Shown: in pieces, positions 25,862 through 38,403 of the stretch
Layout of the letters: every line of letters begins with the position of its first letter
Position numbering within the stretch: the stretch's first letter is position 1
DNA from: Folioceros fuciformis
Taxonomy: Eukaryota
Length of the DNA stretch: 64,000 bases
Assembly (NCBI GenBank): GCA_049999805.1
Contig: JBNGIO010005827.1
Span: 1 to 64,000, forward strand
Direction: 5' to 3'
The notes under the pieces: generated by a model
What the model was told of the DNA's origin: nothing
The model's input: only the letters and a program-made list of their open reading frames with translations
Database searches by the model: none
Made by a program: the position numbers and the translations under genes

Positions 25862-27397
25862 GGAGAACTGGCTGGAAAGATGACGAATTGGCCGTGTCGG
25901 GACCGCAATCGTGGTGAACCGGAAAGGCCCACTGTCGGGCGGCTTTGCCAGAACTGCACGCGATACGGGTGGTGTATCATATTTCCCGGTTAATAGAAAA
26001 ATCTGTCTGCAGACATGTCGACAAAAAGCCTGTCCTCTCGGGTTCCCGCCCACTTCCACCGGGAGCGGGGAGCCGGGGAGCGGGGAACGGGCGGGGTATC
26101 GGGCAACGGGGCTTGGGACGGGATTTGCCCGGACTCTGATTATGAGAGGGTAACGGTCCAACGGAGCGGGAGTTGGACGGGCAATTGGGCCGGGCCGGAT
26201 CAGGCCGGGTACAGTATGGTTGTAGAGTTATGAACACCCGCGGTTACCTACCGTCGGGAGAGAGCAGTGATGAGAGGCATGCCCTCTTGGCCCCGCCCCG
26301 CCATTAAGGCTCTGCCCCGAATCACAGTAATGGGTCTGCCGCCGAACAGAGAGGATACGGGATTACATAGAATATGAGAGGACGAAACGGGCCCGGTTGT
26401 GACGGGATACGGAGGGGCCTGCTCGCCGTGAGCAGCATCATGAGATCATGTGATTTCCGGATTGGATGGATTGGGGTCCGAGGGGAGAGTACATCGATCT
26501 GGGCAGGTTATGGGAATGACGATCTCATGAAGAGAAAGTGTGTGTGTGCTTTTTGTGATGAGAGTGTGAGAGAGATGGTGTAGACGCCGTTGGGCTTTAG
26601 AGAAGGCCTGGCAGGGGCATCCGATTCGCCGTTTCATGATGTGTGGCGAGACGACACTCGGTGGAAGAAGACTCCAACCAGGTCTCATGTTGCGGAGGTT
26701 TTCCGACACGATCTCCGGTGTAGTGTTTTTGGGTTTCGAGGTTGCTTGCCTGAGCGTTTGTTGCGTATGTGTACGATTTGTTCCGTTTGTGTGGATATAT
26801 GGCCCAGAAAGCTTGCTCCTTGTTGCGGGTGGGATTTTGTGATGTAAGCCATGTCGAAATGGCGTCCAAAAGTCCATTGGATGACCACTTGCTGATGCGG
26901 CAGTAGGGCAGCCCGTCAGACATTGTTCGGCCGTTAGGAACGCCAACCCTCGCCCCTGACAGCGTCATCCTGATGGTTATGGAGCTACGATGCTCCATGA
27001 CTAATCTGGCGCTCACAGATCGTCAAGAAGTGCGGTCCAGGGTCTGCGGCAGTGGATGCTCTCTGCTCACCCTGCACCAACGCACGTTTGTGCATGCACA
27101 TGATTAGCTTTTGTGTAAAGGGAGGAAGGAGATGGTGACGAGGACGTGCATTATGTGCAGCCTTATGGACGGAGAGGCCGCTGTACAACCCCGCACGTTG
27201 GTCAGAGGAAGATGGACCCAAGACCAACCAACCCACTTGGCTGGTGAGGTACCTCGGATAAGGTTGCCTAGGTCGTCGACGAAGCACGGGCTAAGGACGG
27301 GCTTTCCTTTTGATGATGGCGTTTGGATGTCCTACCCTACCGGTGACAACAAATGTGGAACTATGTTTGCCTATTGTCACTCCTGCTATCGAAAGGA

Positions 27398-27945
27398 CTA
27401 GTCACAGAACAAAGTGTCTCTGGTTGCGTTGCCAGTCACTGGATTTACCCTGCACATGGTGTCCACCTCGAGAGATTCAAACAACGTCCCCACCCTTCGA
27501 GGGCCACTACAAGGCAGAGAATGTCCGACCCAGGTCGGACCTTACCCTGCTGCAACTTTGCATAGATATGCCTTCTGGTCTTCTCTCCAGTACACATCTG
27601 TGAAGTCTGAGAAGCCCAACGCATGATTTGTCAGCTCTTCCTCCACCGCGATTAATATAGCAAGCTCTAAGGGGCTGTAAAGCTCTGGCCAAGAGCAAGT
27701 GAACAAACGGACACAACCTGCACCAGTGATGTTGGAATTCTTGAATGAGGTGTTGCCCGTCACAAGTGCCCCTTCCAGGATGGCATTGGACAGGTTTGCC
27801 TGCGCAAAATGTTCACCTGGTGAACAGGCGTGGCCACTTCAGCTGGAAGAAAACACGTACGGATGCCTATCACGGTTTGTTACCTTTTGGACTTGTGCCA
27901 GAGAGAAGTCCGCACCCCGAAGATCAGCATCAGACAGATCGGCAC

Positions 27946-27988
<43 letters not shown>

Positions 27989-28811
27989 GTGTTGCGAGCA
28001 TAAATCTTGGACGTCTGTTCATCACGCAAAAATGCATACCAAAGAAACCTGCCCTCCGTGGCACCTGTCAAGTCTGCATCAAAGAAGCTGGCACCCAGTA
28101 GTTTTGCGCCCTTGAAGTTTGCTTGTCGTAGAATTGACTGGCAAAGCATACCACCATTCACTACCCCCACGGTCACGCTGTGGTCATCTGACTATCAAAC
28201 TGCACCTCAACGTACCGTCTTGAAATCTTGCTTGATGAGAGTTTTACCACTGAAATCCTGTCCGCTCAGGTCTTGACCCCGAGTGACCTGAATGCCATAC
28301 GGTCCACCCCCCTGCCATCCACCGAGCCACGTGGTCACATTGCAGTTCAGAGAGGAGACAACAAACCTCCATCCCAACCCCATACGACAGTGCACCTTGT
28401 AAGCCAGAGCTGGATCCGTGTAGCAAAGAGCTGCAGCAGCAAGTGCAACAAGGCCCGCTCGGCTCCACGCACCGACATTCCAGCTGCCCTCCGTCTGCTC
28501 CACCACCCGGGTTCAGGGACGACAAGAGTGAAGACAACGGGCATGCCACATGCAGCTGGATCGGGTGAGCCTGCCCACACACTAACCCGATGGCAAACAT
28601 CTCTGCCGTGTGCATGCACTTGCGACTCCAATTCAGATGGCACAGCCTCGTCATCCGAGCAGGGCACATCAGCACGACCTAAATCCAAAACTGCCCTTGA
28701 CGAGCAAGCCACGCTCCCATGGTAAACGGAACGCCCGACATGGGTTCGTTCGCCAAGGAGGGAACGTGGGCGCAGGGAAGCCTGGAGGTCGAGGATCGGG
28801 ATGGAAGCCAT
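27398..28811 (-). CDS. TL15: Thylakoid lumenal 15 kDa pentapeptide-repeat protein (At2g44920-like)
   Basis: Hydrophobic signal ending ALA, then YK-GGGPYGIQVTRGQDLSGQDFSG, SILRQANFKGAKLLGASFFDADLTG and LCKVAAGVNPVTGNATRDTLFCD*. Confidence 0.9.
27948..27986. repeat. (AC)n microsatellite in a TL15 intron
   Basis: About 19 dinucleotide units. Confidence 0.97.
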
Positions 28812-29002
28812 GCTCAATGCTATGTACATATGTGGGTACACCTCAAATCCTCCTGTTCAAATATGAAGCGTTGGAGACGCGTTTTATCGAACCCAGTGTA
28901 ACAGTGTAAAATAGGTGGCTAAAACCGAAGACCAGCCTACGGTTGGACTGCCGCGCTGAAACGTTCACGAGTGAAGCAGTCCCTCACCTCGAAGCGCCTG
29001 CG

Positions 29003-29743
29003 ATGGCAGACATCATCTTGTTCGAAGACATCTTCACCATCAACGCGCTGGATCCGGAGGGCAAAAAATTCGACAAAGGTTAGGTCGTCTGCTACCACGC
29101 ATGACTTGTCCACAACCCACCTCCTTTCTTCAGTGATGACTCACTTGCTTCCCTCCTCTCCTGTGTGCAACAGTTTCGAGAATTGTGGCCCACAGCGAGC
29201 AATTTGACATGGACTTGACTTTGGACGTGAACGTGGACATCTACCCCCTTGCTGTGGAGGACAAATTCACCATGGCTCTTGCATCAACGCTCAGTTTGGA
29301 TGGAACAGAGGATAACACCGTTTTCGACCAGGTGTCCCTTTCATCACTCAAAAAACCCTCCTCCCCCGTTGATGCAGCCTAGCTGAAACCTCCGAACTGG
29401 GTGTGTGTCTGCGTTGCAGAGTGGCAGGAAGTCTTTGGCTGACAAGTACGAGTATGTTATGTATGGCAAGCTTTACAAGTACGCCGAGGATGAGAGCAGT
29501 GGCTTACACAAAGTGTATCCTTTTCGAGTTAGGGCAGTGTAGACCAGACATGTTTTGGCTTCTCTGGGCTGGCCTTCCTTGACATTGGCCGTGTCCAGAG
29601 AAGTGTATGTCTCATACGGAGGCCTGTTGATGAAGCTGAAGGGGGACCCCAACAACTTGAACTCCTTGCAGGTAGACCAGCGCCTGTACCTGCTGATGCG
29701 CAAGGTGGGTGGTGCACCCCAGAAATCCAAGAAGAAGCTGTAG
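29003..29743 (+). CDS. RPB8: RNA polymerase shared subunit RPB8 (RPABC3), 4 exons
   Basis: [57 protein letters not shown]. Confidence 0.95.
29515..29598 (+). other. U12-type (minor spliceosome) GT-AG intron
   Basis: 5' site GTATCCTTT; branch point TTCCTTGAC at 29575-29583; 3' CAG 15 nt downstream. Removal gives in-frame HKV-EVYVSY. Confidence 0.9.
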
Positions 29744-30210
29744 GCAGCTGCACTAAGGTTATACCTTGCCCCCGATGTCTGGTCTTTGCCTTGTCAAGTA
29801 CTTGACATGGCAGGCTACGAACAAGGGCAGTGGGCAGTTGGAGCTGCTGGTCTGTTTGCTCCAACAGGAAACGAGCACTGTCCTCGTCTCAGTGTTCTGT
29901 TCCCCTCGACCATCTCCACTGTGAAGCCTATCTAGGAGACTTCAGGCAGAGTAGAGCAGGAAGGAGCTCCACAAAGTCGATTAGGAGACTGGCGAGAGAA
30001 AGAGAACAATTGGGCGATTGTGTTAGGAGAAATCGAATTACAGTATGTATTTCGAGATGCATAGTTACCTATTCGAACGTTCAAACGGCGCAGTACGTTC
30101 CCGCCAACGTAATACCGTGTCCGTAGCCTGGGGTCGCTGGCGTCTGCGAAGTGTTTTACCCCGACTACGTGCACCGGGTTGAAGCTGGGCGGCCTCACTT
30201 GTTCGGATCG

Positions 30211-33200
30211 ATGGATATCCGAAAGTTCTTCGGGAAGGTTGTTGTGCAATCCGCCCCTGCTGTTGCACCAGATGTGGGCAGGCTCGAGAATGGGCAGAGC
30301 GACACCGGCGGCTCTGCCATTGCTCGTGCGCCTTACACGAAGAAGTCCCCATTCTTCGAGCGGAAAGTTTCTCCTCCGAAAAGGTCGTTTGCGGAAGAGT
30401 CGTGCACAGCCAATGTTGAACAGGTCTGTTGGGACTTCGTTCGAGCTGAGTTGCTATTGCTCCCAGTAGCTAAATTGGTGTTAGCATTTGTGGTTCAAGG
30501 TTTCTCCTCCCTGACGACTGTGAGAAACCTGTCACAATGGGGCTGAGGGTGTGCAGAATCCTGCACTGAAGAAAGCAAAGTTGCTCACAGATGCGGTTTA
30601 CAAGGGGCCTTTGCTATCCTGCGAGTTCACTGGAGGTCATGAGCGTGATCACCTCTTTAGTTCGCCGCAGCTTGTTCGAAAGGCGCCGGTTGATGGATCT
30701 GCTACTGGCATTTCAAATACAAATACTGCCCAAGGAGCTGTTGCAGTGCCTTCTGTTCATGTCAGATCCATGCAGGGTGCTCTAGCTGCCTGTGCCCTCA
30801 AGGGCAAGCAGAGGTGTGGCATTGATGCATTGAAATATGATTTATGGACAGAGAAGCACAAGCCACGGTCGTCAGCTGATCTTGTTGGAAACCAACAGAT
30901 GGTATGCCCACTCCCTGATAATCCTGTGTCAATCCTGTCCTGACTTCGGGGTACCTCCGGGTGTGGGGAGAAGCGCAGGGAGGTTGGCTCAGGATAGCTC
31001 CTTATCCCGGCTCCTCCGTTGTATGCCATTGGCTGACCTGGTTGGCTTCTGCGCAACAGGTCTTTCGGTTGCGGGAATGGCTGTCCAGGTGGGAAAGTAC
31101 TTTCTCTGGCAGACCTCAATTTGGTGCAAGCAGTAAGACCAAGGGGAGGCCGGGCGAAGAGCCAAAGAAAGCTGCTTTGCTTTGTGGGCCACCTGGTATT
31201 GGTAAGACAAGTACAGCCTCTATTGTCAGCAGGGAACTGGGATTTCAGATCATCGAGGTGAGTCCTGGCCTCTTTCAGGTTGCTTGGTGGCTGGTGTCTT
31301 ACTGTTTGATTGACTGTTCAGCTGAGGGATGTGATTGGCTTGAAGGTGAACGCCAGTGATGCACGAGGCAAGGCGGATAACGATGTGAAGAATGGTATTG
31401 TTGGAAGAACAAGCAACATGATCAAGGAGCTTGTCACAAATCAATGTGTGGACAGCACAGTCGACATATCAGCACCTCACAAGAAGATGGTGCTCCTCAT
31501 GGATGAAGTGGATGGAATGTCATCAGGAGATCGTGGTGGTGTGCAAGATCTGATAAAGTCCATCCACAAGAGCAGAATACCCATCATCTGCATTTGTAAT
31601 GACAAGTATGACCGGAAAATTCAGTCCTTACTGAATCACTGCATGGAGCTCCATTTCCAAAAGCCTGCTAAGAACGAGGTGAAACATATGCTGTATGGTG
31701 GCTCCTCATTGTGAGAAAGTTCAGAATGTCGCTGACTGGAGCTCTTCCCCCTGTTAGCTTTCGAAGTGCACAGGCATGAGGCTGATTCAACAAGTTTCTG
31801 TGTTCACCAGGTATTAAAGAGGCTGACCGGCATCATGAGAAAGGAATCTCTGCAATTCGATGATGTAAGGGATACTGAGACAGTATTGGAGTTCTGCACT
31901 GTCGTGGTGCTGCACGTGTTTCTTAGAGATACCAAGAAAATTTAACTGAATATTGATGCCCTGTTTCAGAGAGCTCTGGAGGCACTTTTGGAGACTGTTC
32001 AGTACGACATTCGTCTAGCCCTCAATGAGCTCCAGGTGAGAGGCACGGACAAGTTGTTCTTCAGCTTAAGGAAATGTTACGTTTTATTGGTCTCGAGCAT
32101 CAATGTGTTCCTTGTAATGGAGAGCCAACACCACATGTCATCAAGCAACTCTTGCTGTTCCTCTTTCAGTATAGGTCCCATGGTGGCAAGTTAGACATGC
32201 GCAACGTGTTCCAGACTCAGGCGGGAGCTACAGTGAAGGATGCTGCCATGACTCCATTTACGGCCGCGGATAGGTGATCGGATGATGGAGTTCTGACCAC
32301 GCCTTCTGCCCTTACTATTTCATGGGCCTGATCACAGGCTGCTGCTGATGTTGACTCTGCAAGGGATGCTCGGCCGATGCAATAAGACTGGTCCCTTCTG
32401 TTTATTAGGCTGCTTGTTCGTCCTGGGAGGGCTTTATCCTTGAACGACCAGATCGATCTCGTCTTTCACGATCCAGATCTTGTGCCCTTGATCATCCAGG
32501 TAATCGGATCACTCTGTAAGCAGTTTGGTTGTTCGGGTTTCCATATTACTGTGGAGGACTTTGTTAGGTATCCCAGTCCACCTGATGCAGGAAAATTACG
32601 TAAACTTTTCCCCTGTTGGAGAGCGACGGGAAGATGTGCGGATGGACCTGATTGCTCAAGCGGCTGACTCTTTGTCCACTGGGGATATCGTTAACCGAAC
32701 TATTCGTCAACATCAAAGATGGGAGCTTATGCCTTTGGCTTGCGTCCAATCAGCTGTGACTTGGTAAGTTCTCTCCTATGTTTGCCTTTGAGTTCAGAGA
32801 CAACAACAACAACTCCAGGGCAGTGCCGAGAGACACTTACGCTTCTTTGCATGGGTTTGTAGCTCTGCTCTGGTGCGAGGTGTACGGCAACCCTTCTTTC
32901 CTGTAAGCGTTTCACAAAACTTAGAAACTGTGACCATGGTTCATATTCTTTGGTTTGTTTGAAAATAATATTCCCCCCTGCACCACAGGGTGAGCGTAAC
33001 TTCAACCGGTTCTCAGGATGGCTGGGCAAGAACTCCACAGCGGGAAAGAATACCAGGTTGCTGGCGGAATTGCAGCTACACCTTCTTGTGTCGGGGAACT
33101 GCCCTGCTAGTCGGTATGTTTCTTCACGCAGATCCGGCTGTTTTGGTGTGCTCTTCGGGGCTGAAAGTTAGTATCTGAGCTGCAGGAGTGCCGTCAGACT

Positions 33201-33976
33201 GGACTATTTGCAACATTTCAGTCAGTTCCTGGCAGTGCCCCTCAGAGAAAAAGACAAGGTAATGCAAACACGAGTTTGTCCGTATTGGAGCTCAGCTAGC
33301 CATGAGGAAGCTTCGATAACTTTTATTGCAACTGCTCGGTCAGGCGGGGGTGGAAGACGTCATACAGTTTATGGACGAGTACTGCCTCACACGAGAAGAC
33401 CGTGATACAATAATGGATCTCTCTCAAGTGAAGGTGAGTTGGAAACTTTGGACTCCGTGCCCGTGAACCTTGCAGAAAGTTCAGTAGATTGAAGTAGTCC
33501 CAATTGCTTCTGCAGGGTTTCAAGAATATACTGGACAGTATACCAGCTCAGGTAAAAGCAACATTTACAAGGATGTTTAACCAGACGTCAAGTGATCGAG
33601 TTATCAAGTCCAGTGTTATGCTACCTGAGGCCAAGGCCAAGGCCAAGGCTAATCAAGTTCCAGTATTTCCAACATTGGCCTTAGACACGTTCGATGGTCC
33701 TGTTACTGGTACGTGGTTCACGGCAGCACCCTAAACACCTCTTGCTGGTGCGTTGGTCTTCACACCTACTTACTGATGCCTGGGAGATGGGCAGACGATA
33801 ATGAGGATGAGACTCTGGAGGAGGAAAATACTGAGGCTGAAGGTGCCAACGCTGTGATTCCTGGAGTGACCAAACGGGGTGCAAGTCAGCGGCAAAATGA
33901 TGGCAAGAACTTCAAAAGGGATCAACCATCGAAGAGCAGGGGCAGAGGCCCGAACAAACGAGGGAGAGCCAGATGA
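30211..33976 (+). CDS. RFC1: Replication factor C subunit 1-like clamp loader, about 15 exons, no BRCT domain
   Basis: N-terminal MDIRKFF; LWTEKHKP; Walker A GPPGIGKTS; Walker B LMDEVDGMSSGDRGG; PIICICND; QENY; GERNFNRFSGWLGKNST. Confidence 0.9.
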
Positions 33977-34085
33977 CGAAAAAACGCGGGATGTTTGCAA
34001 AAGCGAGGGCCAGGAGATGTCACTCTTGTAAAATACTCTGCTTCGCCTCTTCCGTCTCGGCAATACGCTTTGCGCATTCCGTGTT

Positions 34086-36381
34086 CTAGAGTGGGCCTGA
34101 CAGATGTCGGTGGAGCCAACTTCGTGCTTCCTCTGCCATTGTTTGTGTTACGGAATGCCCAACCCCTTTCTCTGCAACAAACTGCTCGCGGACGTGAGTG
34201 GGACACCACCGATCTGTGTTCAATTAGCGTTATGCTAGGCACAGGCCAGGTCTGGTACCTTGAAGTGATGTGGCACCCCAGCTTCCTGATATATAGCTGC
34301 TGTTTTAGTAATGGCTTTCTCCAAACCATCCACTGGGCAACGTGGATCCTGCAACCCTGCATCGAAGGACCAGTCAAGCGAAGATTATGATAGACGTATG
34401 GTTACAAGCATCCTTCCTGGATAAAGTTCTGTTTCACAGTGAATCACCATTCATGATCAGCAGCGGCCGTGGCACTATTGCAGGCAATGTTTGCTCAACG
34501 TCAAACTTGTCCATTAATCCTGGTGCAATGCGTCGCCAGACCTGTATATGAAAATCGACAACGTGCAGTAAGAAAGCTGCGACATTGGAGTACAGTGAAT
34601 TACATTCATGATCCGTAAAGATCTCACAGCAGCCACCGTTTCTCCATCTACTTCTGATTTGCCAAGATCTTCACTTGCGACTGTCATTGCCAAACCAATT
34701 GCCATCCAAAGTTAGAGCGTGATTTTATGTCTACCGCTGGGAAGACGAATTCACCTACTTCACCTCTGAAGACAGCTGGGATGGTGGCAACCCGAGCCTT
34801 CCATTGGTCGTGTGTAACAGCCCAACTGAAGGACTAGACAATGCACATGTTTGTCAAAAAAGACCCCAGATTGAAGCAATCACGTACAACAGATCGGCTG
34901 GGCTGGTTTATGTACCTGCACTCCTATGAGGCAAACAACTGCAGCAATCCGAGGGTCTGCAGCTGCTCCAAACCAGGCATTCATTCCTGTAGTTCAAAAC
35001 CCACATTTATCATTTCCATTGTAACACAAGAAGCCCCTCAGTGGCGGAGAGGACGAGAGCTGAAGCAAGTGCTGCCTCACCCCCCAGAGATATGCCGAGA
35101 ACGCCAATTCGCTTTGAGCAAATGTCAGGTCTTCCAGTCAAGTAATCCATCAGATTCACCAAATCCCAAACCTTGCATGTACCGGACACAGGATCTATTA
35201 TACACAACGGCCCATAAAGACGTGTACAAAACTCCAGACAGGCATCCCAGTCAAACTAAGCAATCCGATCCGAACCGTATCAAAGATGAATGGCATTTCT
35301 TGACCTGTCTTCCAGGCAGAGATGAGAGCCTGCAGGAAGCATACTCGGGGCATTAGTCACACCCCCAACCCACAGAGATTCCATCAAGGCAAGGCTTCCA
35401 TCGCAAATGAGGTCGGGTAGATCAAATAGATTACGTCGGAATAAGAATGCACAGAATTCGCACGCTCTCCATGATACCGTGAATCAATAGCTACAGCAAC
35501 GTATCCACGTTCAGCAAATGCCTGTTCAAGGTCACACATGATAAGCACACCAATTACAGCCCAGTTTCTGGAAAATCCAAATCTGCCCTGTATGTCGTGA
35601 CAAACCTTCATGTAAGGGCGCATGAGCATCTTATCAGCACCAGTCCAATGCAAAAAGATCACAGCAGGCCTTGCTTTCGGAATTCCAGTTTCATCTTGAC
35701 ACTGACTTGGCCTCGGTGCCAGTATTAGCACTGGCAGATGTCCTTGCTTCCCCGCCTGGCCAGATTTTGGGAAATCAGTATTTGTGGACCTGAATAACAG
35801 ACACAAGATCTCAAGATGGGGTCCATACCTCCACATGTAGCAGCAGGTTTTCTTCCTGAAATTTCTCCCCCGATCCAGCCGATTCCTTTAAAGCGGCCGA
35901 TGCTATCGTCTGCTTCAGACAGGACCAAGACATCGGTTGTTCTCAGTGTAGTAGCATCTTCTGCACTGAGCTGAGAGTAGGTTTGTACAACGGAAAACGA
36001 GAAACACTCACGGTGGCCGTCCGTTCGGAAATGAACCCTTCTCGCTGGAGGAAACGCGTGTCCACATGCGTGGACGGAAGCAGTGAGAGTGGTACTGCAC
36101 TAACGATATTGAACAGTTTGTCCTCTTTTCTGCAGCTGCGATTTGGAGTATGCCGGAATGACAGCTTACCGGCTTCTCCACGCCGACTAGCCAGAGTCTC
36201 AAGGAGCTGCCTGCGCACTTCCTCGACCTCCTCATTTCTCGATGCTGCAACATCTTCTCCTGTTCGCTCCTGCAAGTGGTGTAAATTGTCCGGTCTTCTT
36301 TGAGCAAAACTTCGTCTACCATTATCCAGATGCAGCAACGACAGATATTACCATTGCTGCTTTCTCCTCTTCAGATTTCAT
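34086..36381 (-). CDS. Alpha/beta-hydrolase (YitV-like esterase, At5g25770-like); start codon tentative
   Basis: RGYVAVAIDSRYHGERA, nucleophile elbow GISLGG, PRPLLIMNG-LQDPRCP, GVGH; ends WLHRHLSGPL*. Confidence 0.85.
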
Positions 36382-37304
36382 CACCAGCTGCAGTGCAGAG
36401 TCAATGGGTTATTCCTTGCTTCATTCGTGAGCCGTAAGGACACGATGCTCACCAACCTCCGCACACCACCCACCTGCACGACTTATCCGCCACGAATCTC
36501 AAGTCCAAGCCAAGTTCATTCAGACTGAGATACCGACATTTATTGATGACACATCTCCCAGTAATGGACTCTTCCACGTTGTGACATTGACCGTCTGCCT
36601 TCTCAAGGACAAAGACACCCGATCGTGTTGGAAACGGGCATTCTTGATCGATTTCAGGTTATTCCACCTCACAGGGATCCGAGAGGACTGACTATGTTTT
36701 CATTACGATGATGATCAGGGGCTCAGCGGTGAACTGTGCCTGGGGCATGGATCAAGGTAGTGAGGTGTACAGCCTTGGGTTATCTACTCTAAGGTCAGAG
36801 ATCCACTGGGTTGGCGTAATCGAATGTACGAGAAGAGTCACTTGGTGACTGCAAACCTGAAGTTCATAAGTGGCACTTCAGTCTCCAAAAGTTAAGCTTT
36901 TCATGCACTTCATAAACGGTGGACGGATAAGGGAAGCCTCTTCATTGTCCAAAATATAAGAGCTAGCTAGTGAGATCTCAGATCCCGTGCAGCCTATATA
37001 GTCCCGCTCCTTCTGAGAATCCAAGTGTACAGCCACAAAATGCCTTGCGAACCACCTACACATGATAACCTTAGAAGGGGTAACAACCAGTCCTACTTTA
37101 GGCACCACGTATTCGAGTCTAAACAGACTGAGCAGCATCAGCAACAACAGCTGCACCAAACTTACCACGATAATGTGATCTGTGTGTGAGACAGAACAAA
37201 CTTCCTACAGCTCCTACGTCTTTATGCAAAGAAAGTCCCTTGCGATTCTTCCTGTACGCTTATGTGGCACCAACAACGACTGACCGCGCCGGACGTTATT
37301 TATC

Positions 37305-38192
37305 TCAGCTATTCTTTTTCTGCAGGTGTTCCTCATATTGAGAAATTCGGATAATGTACAAAGTTGTCTCCAGTAGCATGCCAAATATAATGCCCGCCGC
37401 TGCACCAGCTGAATGCTGCAGTAGTAATAGGCAGGAAGAGAGACCACGTCAGCCAAGCAAGATTGGACCGGAAAAAACGACAGAAATCTTCAACCCATCA
37501 ATGGTGGAAAAGGATTACCAGAGCTGGGTTGCTTTGGAACATTGCCCGGCACATGTAATAACCGACCAGGCAGCAAACAAGCATGGTCACCGCCACATGG
37601 AGTCCTGCATCGGCTCCAAAAATCTAATCAGACCATTGCAGCAAGGAAGGTGCGTTACAACATGACATTTCCAATAAGCAACCGCAATTACCGAATCCTA
37701 GTTGCTCTTTGTACGAGGAGAAGTACTCTGGCGGCGCCGGCTTCCCATCACTCACGAGCGCGTCATACTCCCTCCTGTCTGCTACATCTTGCAACTTGGC
37801 CAACCTTTCCACCAACTCCTTACTCTGAAACAGCATCACGTGTGTCGGTCTTCCAGTCACCCGACAAACCGAGACAGCCTTAAACGATTAGCTGAGAAAT
37901 GTACCTTCACTCTGGGTGCTGGACTCTCCAGCTCAAGCGTGCTCCCCGCAACTAGATTGTGGAAGCGGCCCAGGTGTTTGGGGTACAAGAGCCACACATC
38001 CCGCAAAGCTGTATACGGAACGGTGGCCGCACCTTCATGCTTCAGTACCTCTCTTGCCGAATCCGCAGAGATGACGCCCTTGTCGGTCAAATCACGTAAT
38101 CGCCGAAGAAATTTTTGTATAGCGGGAGTGGAGCGCAGGAACAAAATTGGACGATCTGCTCCATTTCCAGCTTCCTGCTCAACCTCTGACAT
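37305..38192 (-). CDS. VMA12: V-ATPase assembly factor VMA12/TMEM199, 4 exons
   Basis: PAPRVK-SKELVERLAKLQ...REYDALVSD, FSSYKEQLGFGLHV, two hydrophobic segments, C-terminal KKNS* (KKxx ER-retrieval type). Confidence 0.85.
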
Positions 38193-38403
38193 ACCTCTGG
38201 TGAACGAAGAACTAGAACTCCAAAACCAGACCCAACAAAAACTCACTTTACGAAACCCCGCCGGCGTGCAGGTCAAGTCTCTAGTTCATTGTCTAGGTTT
38301 CTGTTTGCCAGCATTTTTCGCTTAGAGCGGACTTGAAGTTGTTCGAAGTAGGTGACGTTGGACCAGAGCGCTTTGTTTTGCTTGGTCTTCAAATTTGCGC
38401 ACC

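Noticed and set aside
25795..25870. Functional tRNA gene
   Set aside because: A and B boxes are present, but the acceptor, anticodon and T stems do not pair properly.
24426..27400. Numerous 100-258 aa ORFs upstream of the IRKI-like gene
   Set aside because: GC-rich and repeat-derived, overlapping in all frames, with no motif support.
36500..37170. C/D snoRNA or small secreted-protein ORF
   Set aside because: Only isolated TGATGA/CTGA words without a terminal stem or recognisable guide; the ORF lacks an ATG start.
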